Under the pieces are notes generated by a model. The model had not been told where the DNA came from and searched no databases. It saw nothing but the letters and a program-made list of their open reading frames with translations. A DNA stretch of 64,000 nucleotides from Sulfuricurvum sp. GTDB taxonomy: Bacteria > Campylobacterota > Campylobacteria > Campylobacterales > Sulfurimonadaceae. Shown here piece after piece: positions 18,838 through 29,131 of this stretch (positions are counted from its first letter, which is position 1; each line of letters starts with the position of its first letter). The stretch is taken from the NCBI GenBank assembly GCA_030694265.1, contig JAUXYP010000020.1, positions 36,862 to 100,861 on the forward strand. The letters are read 5' to 3'. A program made the translations under genes and the position numbers.

Positions 18838-19686
18838 ATGGTAAAAGTAGCAGCAATTCAAATGCAGATGTGTGAGGATAAAAAAGCGAATATACACAAA
18901 GCTGAAATAATGGTTCGCCAAGCTGCACAAAATGGTGCACGTATTATTTTAATTCCTGAATTGTTTGAGGGGTACTACTTTTGCAAAGATATGGATCAAA
19001 AATATTTCTCATGGGCACAGGAGCGCCAAGGGCATCCGATGATCGCACACTTTAGTGCGTTGGCTAAAGAGCTGGGTGTGGTTCTGCCTTTGAGCTATTT
19101 TGAAAAAGCGGGTGAGCGTTATTTTAACTCGCTTGTGATGATCGATGCGGATGGATCGGTGATGGAAAATTATCGAAAAACCCATATCCCAGATGGTCCT
19201 GGATACGAAGAGAAATTTTATTTTGAACCTGGGGATACAGGGTTCAAAGTATGGGAAACACGTTATGGTAATATCGGTGTAGGTATTTGCTGGGATCAGT
19301 GGTTTCCCGAGACGGCGCGCTGTTTGACTCTCATGGGGGCGGATATGATTTTTTATCCTACTGCAATTGGAAGTGAGCCTGAAATCGGTGTTGATTCGGC
19401 ATCGCATTGGCAACGGGTTCAGGTGGGGCACAGTGCGGCGAATATTATCCCTGTTATAGCGGCAAATCGTATTGGTGAGGAAGTAGGTGAGAGCTGTACA
19501 CTGACATTTTATGGCAGCTCATTTATCACCGATCATACGGGAGAAAAAGTGGCTGAGGGTTCCAGAGATCAGGAAGAGATTTTGTACAGCGAATTTGATG
19601 TTCAGCTTAACCGTAAACATCGTCATTATTGGGGATTGATACGTGACCGCCGTCCTGAGTGTTATAGCAAAATAGTAGAACAATAA
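18838..19686 (+). CDS. aguB: Carbon-nitrogen hydrolase, N-carbamoylputrescine amidase-like
   Basis: 282-aa nitrilase-superfamily ORF with the catalytic triad context (PELF; YRKTHIP; GVGICWDQWFPE). Confidence 0.75.
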   Translation: MVKVAAIQMQMCEDKKANIHKAEIMVRQAAQNGARIILIPELFEGYYFCKDMDQKYFSWAQERQGHPMIAHFSALAKELGVVLPLSYFEKAGERYFNSLVMIDADGSVMENYRKTHIPDGPGYEEKFYFEPGDTGFKVWETRYGNIGVGICWDQWFPETARCLTLMGADMIFYPTAIGSEPEIGVDSASHWQRVQVGHSAANIIPVIAANRIGEEVGESCTLTFYGSSFITDHTGEKVAEGSRDQEEILYSEFDVQLNRKHRHYWGLIRDRRPECYSKIVEQ

Positions 19687-19742
19687 ATAAACGGAATACT
19701 TTTTGCTTTGATTGTGTAAATAATCTACGAGCGGGGGTATCC

Positions 19743-20531
19743 GTGAGAGTCGTTTTACGCAACAATGCCATCTTCGTTCAAGGGGGATCGAAAACCCTCG
19801 ATGAACCGTGGATGGAAGAATTTTTTGATCATCATATTCACAATACTCTCTTTTTGGACAATGGAGTATTGGTATTGAATAATGAAGGCTCCTCGGAGCA
19901 AAAAGAAGAATTTCTCGATACATTAAGCGATCGCTACACAACAGCGAATGACCTTGCCAACCCTTTCTACCGTCGTTCTCTGCGTAAATGCCGCAGTGCT
20001 GCGGTACGTATCGAAATCCCGTACCGACAAGCGGAAAAAGTCGATGTCGAATTGTTCGCGTTTGGTCCTAATCGCGTCAAGCTCACTTTTTTGACACCCA
20101 ATCGATGGATCATGCGCTATCTAAAACAGCAGTTGGCTTCTCTCGTAACCAGCCATACCTCCAATCAAATATACATTGATGTTAGTGCAATTTCCTCTAA
20201 AGCACGTTTAGAAAAAGCACTTAATCGACGTGAAGTTCTTCACTATCAAATCAATTATAAGTATGATGATGAGTTTATGAGTAAGCTCTATGGAAATTAT
20301 CAAGGATGGGGTCACAGTAACGATGAAATCGATAAAATGATTCGATACCACGCTATTTTTGATCTTCCTGTGGGTAGTAAGCTCGAAGATCTTAAAAAAC
20401 GGTATCGGCAGCTTGCAAAGCGGTATCATCCCGATCGCGTTAATACCAAAAGTCCTGAAATTATCAACAAATACACCGAAAAATTCAAGCTTTTGCAAGA
20501 AGCATACGGCGCATTGCAAGCAGCTGGCTGA
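19743..20531 (+). CDS. J-domain protein (C-terminal DnaJ domain, unknown N-terminal region)
   Basis: C-terminal LKKRYRQLAKRYHPDRV with the HPD tripeptide. The N-terminal ~190 aa have no motif I recognise. GTG start. Confidence 0.7.
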   Translation: MRVVLRNNAIFVQGGSKTLDEPWMEEFFDHHIHNTLFLDNGVLVLNNEGSSEQKEEFLDTLSDRYTTANDLANPFYRRSLRKCRSAAVRIEIPYRQAEKVDVELFAFGPNRVKLTFLTPNRWIMRYLKQQLASLVTSHTSNQIYIDVSAISSKARLEKALNRREVLHYQINYKYDDEFMSKLYGNYQGWGHSNDEIDKMIRYHAIFDLPVGSKLEDLKKRYRQLAKRYHPDRVNTKSPEIINKYTEKFKLLQEAYGALQAAG

Positions 20532-20545
20532 TTTTCAGAATCAGC
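20527..20545. terminator. Hairpin between the convergent J-domain gene and the Y-family polymerase gene
   Basis: GCTGATT-TTCAG-AATCAGC, 7-bp stem overlapping the TGA of the J-domain gene. Confidence 0.45.
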
Positions 20546-20546
20546 C

Positions 20547-21812
20547 TCACAGCTCACTTCCCCATTTTAAAGCATCACACCCATATTTATCACGGATAGT
20601 GCGACTTTTTTGATCAAAAGCGCGTGCTTTTGCATCGTCCTCATAATCAATCAGAGAAAGTGTTCTACGTGAGTGAACACTAAAAGATCCTGCACTAATT
20701 CCTAGATGAGTTATGGCACCGCTGATGTGCAAATCCGTTTTTGCAAAGAGTTCCCGACACAGTTGGCGAAAACGTTGTTCATTAAAAAGTCTCGATTCAC
20801 TTATCGCGCTATGACTTTTGGGATGATGCAGGTAATGCAGTGACAAGGAAAAAGTAGTTGGATTGACTTCGAGTTTTGTGATGGCGTAGGCTAGATGGCG
20901 AGAGAGGATCGAAATACGGCGTCGTATCTCATCACGATTAGTTATTGGGTCAAAGGTGCGAGAGATGCCGATTGATTTACGTGGAGCCGATACAGTGAGT
21001 TCACCTAAATCATTGCCGGATATACGATCATAGAGTGATTGTGCATATGGACCCCACGAAAAAATAAGGCTTTTGGCACGTAATAAGTCTCCTAGCGTTT
21101 GGAGATGGTATTGGGCACATTTACGCTGCATTGCTGAACCAATACCGGGAAATTTTTGAACGGGTATAGAGTGGACAAATGAGGAGACATTGTCATCTAC
21201 GACTGTATAACACCCAAAAGGTTTGGCACTTTCAGTGGCAAGTTTGGCAATGTGCTTGGAGTTGGCGGCGCCTATGGAGACGGGGAGATTTAGGTGACGT
21301 TTTATTTCATGACGTAGATGATCGATAAAAGCAGGGACCTCTTCATCGCTAATCCAACCCTCAAGATCCCCATAAAATTCATCGATGCTTGCTTGTTCTA
21401 TGAGTGGTATGCGCTCTTGTAAAAATTGATGCAGCTCATGAGAGAGACGATGATACAGCTGCATATTAGGCCCCTTGATAATGAGCTGCGGACATCGTAT
21501 CAGTGCTTCATGGATACTCATGCCGGTGTTGATGCCGTAAGCCCGTGCTTCATAGCTTGCAGTTGTTAAAATTCCTCGCACGCGCCCATCTGCATCGATG
21601 AACTGATTCAAATCGTCACCCGCATAACGATGAAAAAAGCTCCCGACAAAAGAGCCGCTGTTGTTGAGCAACAATTCCTGATTCGATTTCTCATGGGAAA
21701 AAATGTACTGATCTCCTCTTCCGCCCACGCCAACTGCTTTGCCTATCAAGTCGGGATCGATAGTACGTTGTGCTGAGACAAAAAAACAATCCAGATCAAT
21801 GTGTATTTTCAT
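20547..21812 (-). CDS. dinB: Y-family DNA polymerase (DinB/Pol IV-like)
   Basis: 421-aa ORF starting MKIHIDLDCFFVSAQ, with SIDEFY and GIG motifs. Confidence 0.85.
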   Translation of the reverse strand: MKIHIDLDCFFVSAQRTIDPDLIGKAVGVGGRGDQYIFSHEKSNQELLLNNSGSFVGSFFHRYAGDDLNQFIDADGRVRGILTTASYEARAYGINTGMSIHEALIRCPQLIIKGPNMQLYHRLSHELHQFLQERIPLIEQASIDEFYGDLEGWISDEEVPAFIDHLRHEIKRHLNLPVSIGAANSKHIAKLATESAKPFGCYTVVDDNVSSFVHSIPVQKFPGIGSAMQRKCAQYHLQTLGDLLRAKSLIFSWGPYAQSLYDRISGNDLGELTVSAPRKSIGISRTFDPITNRDEIRRRISILSRHLAYAITKLEVNPTTFSLSLHYLHHPKSHSAISESRLFNEQRFRQLCRELFAKTDLHISGAITHLGISAGSFSVHSRRTLSLIDYEDDAKARAFDQKSRTIRDKYGCDALKWGSEL

Positions 21813-21895
21813 GATGGCAGTATAAAGTGATTAAATTTCTAAGAGACAAAATATGGCAATTCGCTACAATATGCAAAAAATTTGGAGATATTCAC

Positions 21896-22912
21896 ATGGA
21901 GTATCGCTATATCGGACGCACTGGATTGCGGGTATCCCCGATTTGTATGGGGACAATGACATTTGGCTCGCAATGCGATGAAAAAGCCGCCTTTGCAATT
22001 ATGGACAAAGCCTATGATTACGGCGTGAATTTTTTTGACACGGCTGAGCTTTATCCTGTTCCTCCGACTTCAGAGCTTTGTGGATTAACGGAAGAGATGG
22101 TAGGTCGGTGGCTCAAAACCAAACCGCGTGACAGTGTGATTTTGGCAACTAAAGTAGCAGGGGCAGCATCGGGATGGTTCGTACCGCCGATTCGTCATGG
22201 TTTTACGGCATGCGACCGATTTCATATAGAACGGGCTATTGAGGGATCGCTTAAACGGCTTGGGACGGATTATATCGATTTGTATCAGATGCACTGGCCC
22301 GATCCGATTGTCCCTATCGAAGAGACGATGCGGGCGATGGATGCTTTAGTGCAAAGTGGAAAAGTACGCTACATAGGCACTTCTAATGACACAGCACGTG
22401 GGACGATGAAATCACTTATGGTCAGCAAATACGAAAAATTGACCCGTTTTGAATCGATACAAAATAACTTTTCACTTTTGAACCGCCGTGATTTAACTGA
22501 AATTGGTGCACTGTGCCGTGAAGAAAAGATTTCATTGTTGCCGTATTCGCCTTTGGGTGGTGGAATTTTGAGTGGAAAATACAATCAAGCATCTAATACG
22601 CAAGGACGTTTTAGCGATTATGTAAACTCCAGCAATAAGCGTCAGCGTCTTATGGCAGCACGATTTTTAAACGACAAAACATTAGCGTCGACACAGGAAT
22701 ATTTACGCATCGCTGCTGTTCATGGACTTGACCCTGTCACGATGGCGATTGCGTGGAGCAAGCAGTTTGATTTTGTGGCTTCGACTATTATCGGTGCGAC
22801 GACGCCTGAACAATTGGATGCGAGTTTGGCGGCCATGAAGGTGACGTTGAGTGCAGACCTATTAAAAGATTTGGACGCGGTGCATGCAAAAATTCTCTAT
22901 CCTATGGGCTAG
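21896..22912 (+). CDS. Aldo/keto reductase
   Basis: MEYRYIGRTGLRVSPICMGTMTFG is the typical AKR N-terminus, with GGAGA 8 nt upstream. DTAELY and YQMHWPD motifs are present. The ORF-track start at 21827 is an extension. Confidence 0.85.
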   Translation: MEYRYIGRTGLRVSPICMGTMTFGSQCDEKAAFAIMDKAYDYGVNFFDTAELYPVPPTSELCGLTEEMVGRWLKTKPRDSVILATKVAGAASGWFVPPIRHGFTACDRFHIERAIEGSLKRLGTDYIDLYQMHWPDPIVPIEETMRAMDALVQSGKVRYIGTSNDTARGTMKSLMVSKYEKLTRFESIQNNFSLLNRRDLTEIGALCREEKISLLPYSPLGGGILSGKYNQASNTQGRFSDYVNSSNKRQRLMAARFLNDKTLASTQEYLRIAAVHGLDPVTMAIAWSKQFDFVASTIIGATTPEQLDASLAAMKVTLSADLLKDLDAVHAKILYPMG

Positions 22913-23384
22913 TGCCCTTATCCTCTTTTTTGGAGGATGCACAGCCAATCATTATTCGATCAGCAGTCCTAAAGTGATTACGATAAAAACGCCTAAACTC
23001 AAATTTTCCGATACCGGATACATACGCTATGAGGGAGATGCCGTAGAGGTAGAACTGTTCACTGCAGGCTTAGCGGTTGAAAAAATTTCGATTGATGAAA
23101 AAGTATGTGTGAGTGCAGGGTGTATGAGCGAAGAGACATTTACTAAAGAGTATTTGTACGAAGGGTATCCAAAAGATACAATGCGTCGGATTTTACAGGG
23201 GGAACCGATTTTTGGTGGAAAGGGTAAAGACGGGACTTGTGGCGGAGCTCTTTTTCAATTTATCCGAAATGATGACATGGACATTATGTATCGGCGTAAA
23301 GGTGGCGAAATTTTTTTCAAAGACCGCTTGAATGGGCTGATGATTAAAATAAACGAACTAGAGGATACGAATGAAACTAAGTAA
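22884..23384 (+). CDS. Lipoprotein of unknown function
   Basis: 166-aa ORF with lipobox LFFGGC. It overlaps both neighbours (29 nt and 14 nt), suggesting translational coupling. Confidence 0.55.
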   Translation: MQKFSILWASALILFFGGCTANHYSISSPKVITIKTPKLKFSDTGYIRYEGDAVEVELFTAGLAVEKISIDEKVCVSAGCMSEETFTKEYLYEGYPKDTMRRILQGEPIFGGKGKDGTCGGALFQFIRNDDMDIMYRRKGGEIFFKDRLNGLMIKINELEDTNETK

Positions 23385-24519
23385 TCGAAGCACAACCATT
23401 GCCCAATCAGAAATCCGTTCCATGACCAAAGCGTGCAATGCGCTTGGCGGAATCAATATGGCACAGGGAGTCTGTGATTTGGAAGTTCCACGCATAGTGA
23501 TCGATGGGGCAAAGCGAGCAATGGATGATGGGGTTAATATTTATACTCCTACTGAAGGATTAGCTGTATTACGTCAAGCGATTGCTGCGAAAATGAAACG
23601 CTTTTATGACGTGGATATTTCTGCTGAACAGGTATTGGTGAGTGATGGGGCAACGGGAGCTTTTTATACCGCCTGTATGGCTTTGCTAAATCCGGGTGAT
23701 GAGGTAATACTGTTTGAGCCGTATTACGGTTACCATCGTTCAACGCTACTTTCTATCGGGGCAGTTCCTAAATTTGTTCGGCTTGAAGCTCCACAGTGGA
23801 AATTGGATATGGATGCACTTCGAGCTGTCTGTACTTCTGAAACCCATGCGATGGTAATTTGTAACCCTGCAAATCCGAGTGGAAAAGTATTTACGAAAGA
23901 AGAACTGGAACAAATCGGTGCCTTTGCACAAGAAAATGATTTAATAGTATTCGCTGATGAGATGTATGAGCATTTTCTTTATGAGGGGGCAGTGCATATT
24001 CCTGCAATTTCTATAGAAAGTTTAAAAGATCGCTGCGTGACCTTATCTGGATTTTCAAAGGTGTTCAGTATTACGGGATGGCGTTTAGGTTATGCTATAG
24101 CACCCAAAGAAGTTATTGAAGCGATGGCGCAGTTCAACGATTTGATTTATGTGTGTGCCGCCGCCCCTTTGCAAATGGGTGCCGCAGAAGGACTTGAAAA
24201 ACTTGGAGATGATTATTATCGTGAGCTCTCCTCTGTCCATCAGATGAAGCGTGATCTTTTTTGTGATGCGTTGCGGGATGCAGGATTGAATCCGAGTATT
24301 CCTATGGGTGCATATTATGTGATGACCGATATCAGCTCGATTGAGGGGCATGATGATTTTAAAAAAGTGATGACAATTTTGGAAAAAACAGGAGTCGCGG
24401 CAGTACCGGGACGTGCCTTTTATCATGACGATGGTGGTAAAAGTATGGCGCGCTTTTGTTATTCTAAACCCTTAGATGTACTTCAAGATGCGGCAGCGCG
24501 TATCCGTAAGCTGTGTTAA
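23371..24519 (+). CDS. PLP-dependent aminotransferase, class I/II (YbdL/methionine aminotransferase-like)
   Basis: 382-aa ORF with NPANPSGK, and SGFSKVFSITGWRLGY containing the PLP lysine. Confidence 0.85.
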   Translation: MKLSNRSTTIAQSEIRSMTKACNALGGINMAQGVCDLEVPRIVIDGAKRAMDDGVNIYTPTEGLAVLRQAIAAKMKRFYDVDISAEQVLVSDGATGAFYTACMALLNPGDEVILFEPYYGYHRSTLLSIGAVPKFVRLEAPQWKLDMDALRAVCTSETHAMVICNPANPSGKVFTKEELEQIGAFAQENDLIVFADEMYEHFLYEGAVHIPAISIESLKDRCVTLSGFSKVFSITGWRLGYAIAPKEVIEAMAQFNDLIYVCAAAPLQMGAAEGLEKLGDDYYRELSSVHQMKRDLFCDALRDAGLNPSIPMGAYYVMTDISSIEGHDDFKKVMTILEKTGVAAVPGRAFYHDDGGKSMARFCYSKPLDVLQDAAARIRKLC

Positions 24520-24548
24520 AATAACGTAATTAAAAGTAGGAAATTATT

Positions 24549-25397
24549 ATGTCTAAATTTGTCGGCGCACATGTATCTGCATCGGGAGGAGTATTCAATG
24601 CTCCTCTTAATGCGATGAAAATTGGGGCGAAAGCTTTTGCCCTTTTTACTAAAAATCAAAAACAGTGGGCCGCAAAACCGCTCGATGATGAGACGATCGG
24701 ATTGTTTAAAGACAATCTTGCCAAAAGCGGTATCCAGCCCTGTCATATTTTGCCGCACGATTCGTATCTAATTAATCTTGGCCATCCCGAAGAGGAGAAA
24801 CGGGAAAAATCGCTCGAAGCTTTTATCGATGAGTTGCAGCGGTGTGAGCAGTTGGGATTGGATAGGTTGAATTTTCATCCGGGGAGTCACCTCAAGCAAA
24901 TTACTGAAGAAGAGTGCATCGACCGAATTGCTGCGAGCATGAACCATGCGATCAACGTGACCGATGGTGTTAACCTTACGATAGAGAACACCGCGGGTCA
25001 GGGAAGCAATCTGGGGTGGAAGTTTGAGCATATTGCCGCTATCATAGAGCGTATCGAAGATAAGTCGCGTGTTGGGGTCTGTATTGACACATGCCACATG
25101 TTTACGGCAGGATACGACATACGTACGCGTGAAACCTACGATGCAACGTGGGCAGAATTTGATCGTATCATCGGATTTCAATACTTACGAGGGATGCACA
25201 TCAATGATTCCAAGCCTGATCTTGGGAGCCATGTTGACCGACATGATTCATTGGGAAAAGGAAAGATTGGATTGGATGCGTTTAGATTTTTGATGAATGA
25301 TCCGAGAATGGATAATATACCGCTTGTATTGGAAACCATTGACGAGACCATCTGGGCACAAGAAATAGAACTGCTTTACAGTTTTGAAATAAGATAA
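24549..25397 (+). CDS. nfo: Endonuclease IV
   Basis: 282-aa ORF starting GAHVSASGG, with NFHPGSH, ENTAGQG, CIDTCH and HINDSK motifs. Confidence 0.9.
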   Translation: MSKFVGAHVSASGGVFNAPLNAMKIGAKAFALFTKNQKQWAAKPLDDETIGLFKDNLAKSGIQPCHILPHDSYLINLGHPEEEKREKSLEAFIDELQRCEQLGLDRLNFHPGSHLKQITEEECIDRIAASMNHAINVTDGVNLTIENTAGQGSNLGWKFEHIAAIIERIEDKSRVGVCIDTCHMFTAGYDIRTRETYDATWAEFDRIIGFQYLRGMHINDSKPDLGSHVDRHDSLGKGKIGLDAFRFLMNDPRMDNIPLVLETIDETIWAQEIELLYSFEIR

Positions 25398-25409
25398 TTA
25401 AGGATTTTA

Positions 25410-27146
25410 TTGAAATATTTGATCGATTTTTTAGAGAACCCCTCAATTGAGCAATCTGAGATTTTTTCACAGCTAAAATGTACCGTTGACGAGGGAAAAG
25501 TCCTCCAATTGTTGACACGTAAGTTCTTACAATCTCAAGAGGATGTTGTGGTAGCTGAATTGCTTCAGGAGCTTTATGGTCCTGATGATTATTCGTATCT
25601 GAGCCATTTCGGGGAAGTTAAAACCCTTTTGGAACTAGGATGGATTACCCATCACTCCTTTACTCCGATCAAAATGAGCGAACTCTCCCAGCTGGAATTG
25701 TTTAACACCCCTATTGCATTGACAACAATTTTTATGAAGCTGCTCGAAGAGGGATCTTTGGAGATGACGCTTCCTGAGATCAAGCCGTATGCCGATCATT
25801 TAGAGTATCTGCAAGATCAGTTTTTTCGTATCGAGCTGTACCAAAAGATGTCGATTATCCGTAACAACGGGAACGAGCATTCATTAGGGATAAACCGAAT
25901 CCAAAGCAAGCTTGATTTGTTGGAAAAACGAATTGAAGAGCGGATTGCACAAACCTCTCAGGATGTAGTACTGGATCGTTTTTTCAAGCAAAAAAAGCTG
26001 GAGCCTAAAGAACAGGTAATTTTCCTTGCATTGCTCAAAGAGGAATACAGTTCGACAGAGGGGAACTTGCGTGAGATGAATACTCTCATTGATTTGATCA
26101 GCTTTGATGACTACGAACGAATTAAAAACCGCGCATTGCTCGAAGATGGCTCTCGCCTTATAAATGATGACGTCATCGATTATGAAGAGATGCTCAATCC
26201 TTTTGGAGGGATTTCGAGAGCGTTTTACATTGTCGATGAAGTTCTGCAATCAATCATGCACCCGCAAAAGAAGAAAAAAGCGCGTAAGTTAAAGTTGGAT
26301 ATGCTAATTAAAGAGCAAGAAATATTCGAACTCATCGAGCCTACAACGTCGCTGGAAAATGTGGTACTTAATCCGGCAACCGATAAAACACTGCAAAATC
26401 TCATGCATCAGCTAGACCGTGAAGTAGTTGCAAAATTACACGAATGGGGTATCAAGGATAAAAAAGCGGGAATCGATGCACGGATCATCTTTTACGGTCC
26501 TCCGGGTACGGGTAAAACCCTCACCGCCCATTCCCTTTCACGATCGCTTAAACGGCAAGTATTGAGTTTTGACTGCTCTAAAATTCTCTCGATGTATGTC
26601 GGAGAGTCAGAGAAAAATGTTCGTAAGATATTTGATACGTATGCGGATTTAACAAAGCAAACTAAAACAGAACCGATTCTTTTACTCAATGAAGCAGATC
26701 AGTTTCTCTCGTCACGCTCTCAAGGATCGGGTACATCGGCAGATCAGATGCACAATCAGATGCAAAACATCTTTTTGGAGCAGATTGAAAAGTTTCAGGG
26801 TATTTTGATTGCGACTACCAATTTACTCGAAAACATTGATCAGGCATTTTCCCGCCGGTTTAATTACAAAATCGAGTTTAAAAAACCAGATAAAGCACAG
26901 CGTCTGAAACTCTGGAAAATGATGCTTCCTAAAAATGCACCGTATGAAGAGGAATTTGATGTCGAATTGCTTACCAAACATCCTTTAACTGGTGGACAAA
27001 TTAATCTTATAGTAAAAAATACAGCTTATACAGTGGCTACTCGTAAAGAGTCAACTTTCCGATTGGAAGATTTTGTCAATGAAATAGAAAAAGAACGCCA
27101 AGGCAATTTTGACACGGAAAAATCAATGGGCTTTTTAAATAATTAA
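25410..27146 (+). CDS. AAA+ family ATPase with a ~330-aa N-terminal region of unknown function
   Basis: C-terminal AAA module with Walker A GPPGTGKT, Walker B ILLLNEADQF and an arginine-finger region SRRF. TTG start with TAAGGA RBS. Confidence 0.8.
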   Translation: MKYLIDFLENPSIEQSEIFSQLKCTVDEGKVLQLLTRKFLQSQEDVVVAELLQELYGPDDYSYLSHFGEVKTLLELGWITHHSFTPIKMSELSQLELFNTPIALTTIFMKLLEEGSLEMTLPEIKPYADHLEYLQDQFFRIELYQKMSIIRNNGNEHSLGINRIQSKLDLLEKRIEERIAQTSQDVVLDRFFKQKKLEPKEQVIFLALLKEEYSSTEGNLREMNTLIDLISFDDYERIKNRALLEDGSRLINDDVIDYEEMLNPFGGISRAFYIVDEVLQSIMHPQKKKKARKLKLDMLIKEQEIFELIEPTTSLENVVLNPATDKTLQNLMHQLDREVVAKLHEWGIKDKKAGIDARIIFYGPPGTGKTLTAHSLSRSLKRQVLSFDCSKILSMYVGESEKNVRKIFDTYADLTKQTKTEPILLLNEADQFLSSRSQGSGTSADQMHNQMQNIFLEQIEKFQGILIATTNLLENIDQAFSRRFNYKIEFKKPDKAQRLKLWKMMLPKNAPYEEEFDVELLTKHPLTGGQINLIVKNTAYTVATRKESTFRLEDFVNEIEKERQGNFDTEKSMGFLNN

Positions 27147-27371
27147 GAGCGATATTTTCGACTCTTAATTAACTTCAATCTCTCCTTAATACTACGCATT
27201 AGATTTAGATAGCAATATAAAATAAATTGTTGTTACTAAAAATTACATTTAGGACGAAACACCTGTACAGCGGTGTTTACAAAAGTAACACTACATTGCG
27301 ATTACATACGATGTTAGGGATGATTTAACCCTCTTTTTGTTATAGTGCAATAACTGTTTTTATAAAAAAAG

Positions 27372-27410
27372 CAGTGTCTGACACTGAGATGTGCTCGTAA
27401 TCTGACACTG
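27372..27410 (+). promoter_or_regulatory. Operator candidate upstream of nuoA: palindrome CAGTGTC-T-GACACTG plus a second TCTGACACTG copy
   Basis: Perfect 7-1-7 inverted repeat at 27372-27386, just downstream of TATAAA (27361-27366). The 10-mer TCTGACACTG recurs at 27401-27410, 25 nt before the nuoA ATG. Confidence 0.35.
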
Positions 27411-27434
27411 CATTAACCATGAAAAGGTAGAACT

Positions 27435-27824
27435 ATGGAACATTACAACGTCGCAAATCCTTATTTCGGGGTATTTGTACTGTTTGTTATTACGTTTGGA
27501 GCATTTTATGCGACGACGGTATTGGCACGCTTAGCAAGCCGCGCATTAGCGGCCAAAGATACAGAAAAATTGAAAATGTCGCCGTATGAATGTGGTCCAG
27601 AGGTTACTCGACAACCGAACCGAATTTCGACACAGTTTTATCTATTTGCACTTTTGTTTTTGCTATTTGATGTGGAAATCGTCTTTATGTTCCCATGGGC
27701 AATTGATTTTAAATTGCTAGGTTGGTTTGGTTTTTTTGAGATGCTAATGTTTATTTTATTATTAGCAATCGGTTTTGTTTATGCATGGAAAAAAGGAGCA
27801 CTCGAATGGCACAACATCAAGTAA
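27435..27824 (+). CDS. nuoA: NADH-quinone oxidoreductase subunit A
   Basis: 129-aa protein with 3 TM helices, and YECG and FDVE motifs. Confidence 0.9.
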   Translation: MEHYNVANPYFGVFVLFVITFGAFYATTVLARLASRALAAKDTEKLKMSPYECGPEVTRQPNRISTQFYLFALLFLLFDVEIVFMFPWAIDFKLLGWFGFFEMLMFILLLAIGFVYAWKKGALEWHNIK

Positions 27825-28315
27825 ATTATTTAAAAGACGGCGGTCTTCCCGTCGCTTTGACGACGATTGATAAAGTCGTAAACTGGGGTCGTTCAAATTC
27901 TATTTGGGCGCTAACCTACGGTTTGGCATGTTGCGGTATTGAAATGATGGCTTCAGGGGCATCTCGTTATGACTTTGACCGTTTCGGTACGATCTTTCGT
28001 GCTTCTCCGCGTCAAGCTGAGCTTATGGTTGTAGCAGGAACATTGACGAAAAAACACGCAGAATTTATTCGACGTTTGTATGATCAAATGACAGAGCCAA
28101 AATGGGTCATCTCTATGGGTTCATGCGCAAATACAGGAGGTATGTTTAATACCTATGCAACTGTGCAAGGGGTTGACCGCGTTATCCCTGTGGATTTGTA
28201 TCTTCCAGGATGTGCCCCTCGTCCGGAGACATTGCAGTATGCGGTAATGATGCTACAGCAAAAAATCCGTAAAGAGCCTGCCTCTCGTGCTCAAAAACCA
28301 AAAAGGTTGATGTAA
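27806..28315 (+). CDS. nuoB: NADH-quinone oxidoreductase subunit B
   Basis: N2-cluster cysteines ([26 protein letters not shown]). Start chosen at MAQHQV with AAGGAG 7 nt upstream, overlapping the nuoA end. Confidence 0.9.
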   Translation: MAQHQVNYLKDGGLPVALTTIDKVVNWGRSNSIWALTYGLACCGIEMMASGASRYDFDRFGTIFRASPRQAELMVVAGTLTKKHAEFIRRLYDQMTEPKWVISMGSCANTGGMFNTYATVQGVDRVIPVDLYLPGCAPRPETLQYAVMMLQQKIRKEPASRAQKPKRLM

Positions 28316-29121
28316 TGAGAGCCTATACTCCAAAAGATGACGTACAAAAAAAGTCGTATTACACGGACCGCTTTTGGGTTGCACCGCAAGTAGCTAAATC
28401 GGAAGTTAGCGACGATGCAGTATTTGCAGCCGATTTAGAAGCGATTAAAGCAAAATTTGATGTTTTGGATGCGTATATCCAAGTAGAACAAATGGTGGTC
28501 GTTATTAATGCAAATGATAACTATGCTGTTCTTGAATTATTGAAAAATGATCGTGAGTACACACAACTTTCAGAAATGAGTGCGATTGACTGGTTGGCTC
28601 AAGAGGGAAAATTTGAGATTTTCTATCAAATATTGAGTATGGCTAAGCGTAAGCGCATTCGTATCAAATGTAAAATTGATGAAAAAGAAGCCATCCAAAG
28701 TGTTGAAAAGCTTTTCCGATCTGCGGATTGGTCAGAGCGCGAAATGTACGATATGTTCGGGGTTGTTGTTAATAATCATCCCTTCATGAAACGTATTTTG
28801 ATGCCGGAAGATTGGGAAGGTTTCCCATTGCGTAAAACCTATCCATTACAAGGGGATGAGTTTGCGGCATGGTATGAAGTAGACCGTATTTTTGGCAAAG
28901 AAGCCAGAGAAATTATCGGGCCTGAAAACCGTGATCCTGCGCGTATTGATCGTTATGATACAAAGCGCTTCTCACGTTTGGGTCACGAAGTACCATTTGG
29001 TGCAGACATCAGCCAGGGTGAACCGGATACACCACTTGTTTATCAAGAACAAGAGGGTGTGTTCATGATCGATAAATTTGACGCAGAGAAATCCGTTGTG
29101 ATCTCTGATCGTCACCGTTAA
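28315..29121 (+). CDS. nuoC: NADH-quinone oxidoreductase subunit C
   Basis: 268-aa ORF with the [14 protein letters not shown] and PLRK.YP motifs of the 30-kDa subunit. TAATG overlap with nuoB. Confidence 0.9.
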   Translation: MRAYTPKDDVQKKSYYTDRFWVAPQVAKSEVSDDAVFAADLEAIKAKFDVLDAYIQVEQMVVVINANDNYAVLELLKNDREYTQLSEMSAIDWLAQEGKFEIFYQILSMAKRKRIRIKCKIDEKEAIQSVEKLFRSADWSEREMYDMFGVVVNNHPFMKRILMPEDWEGFPLRKTYPLQGDEFAAWYEVDRIFGKEAREIIGPENRDPARIDRYDTKRFSRLGHEVPFGADISQGEPDTPLVYQEQEGVFMIDKFDAEKSVVISDRHR

Positions 29122-29131
29122 GGAGCTGTGA

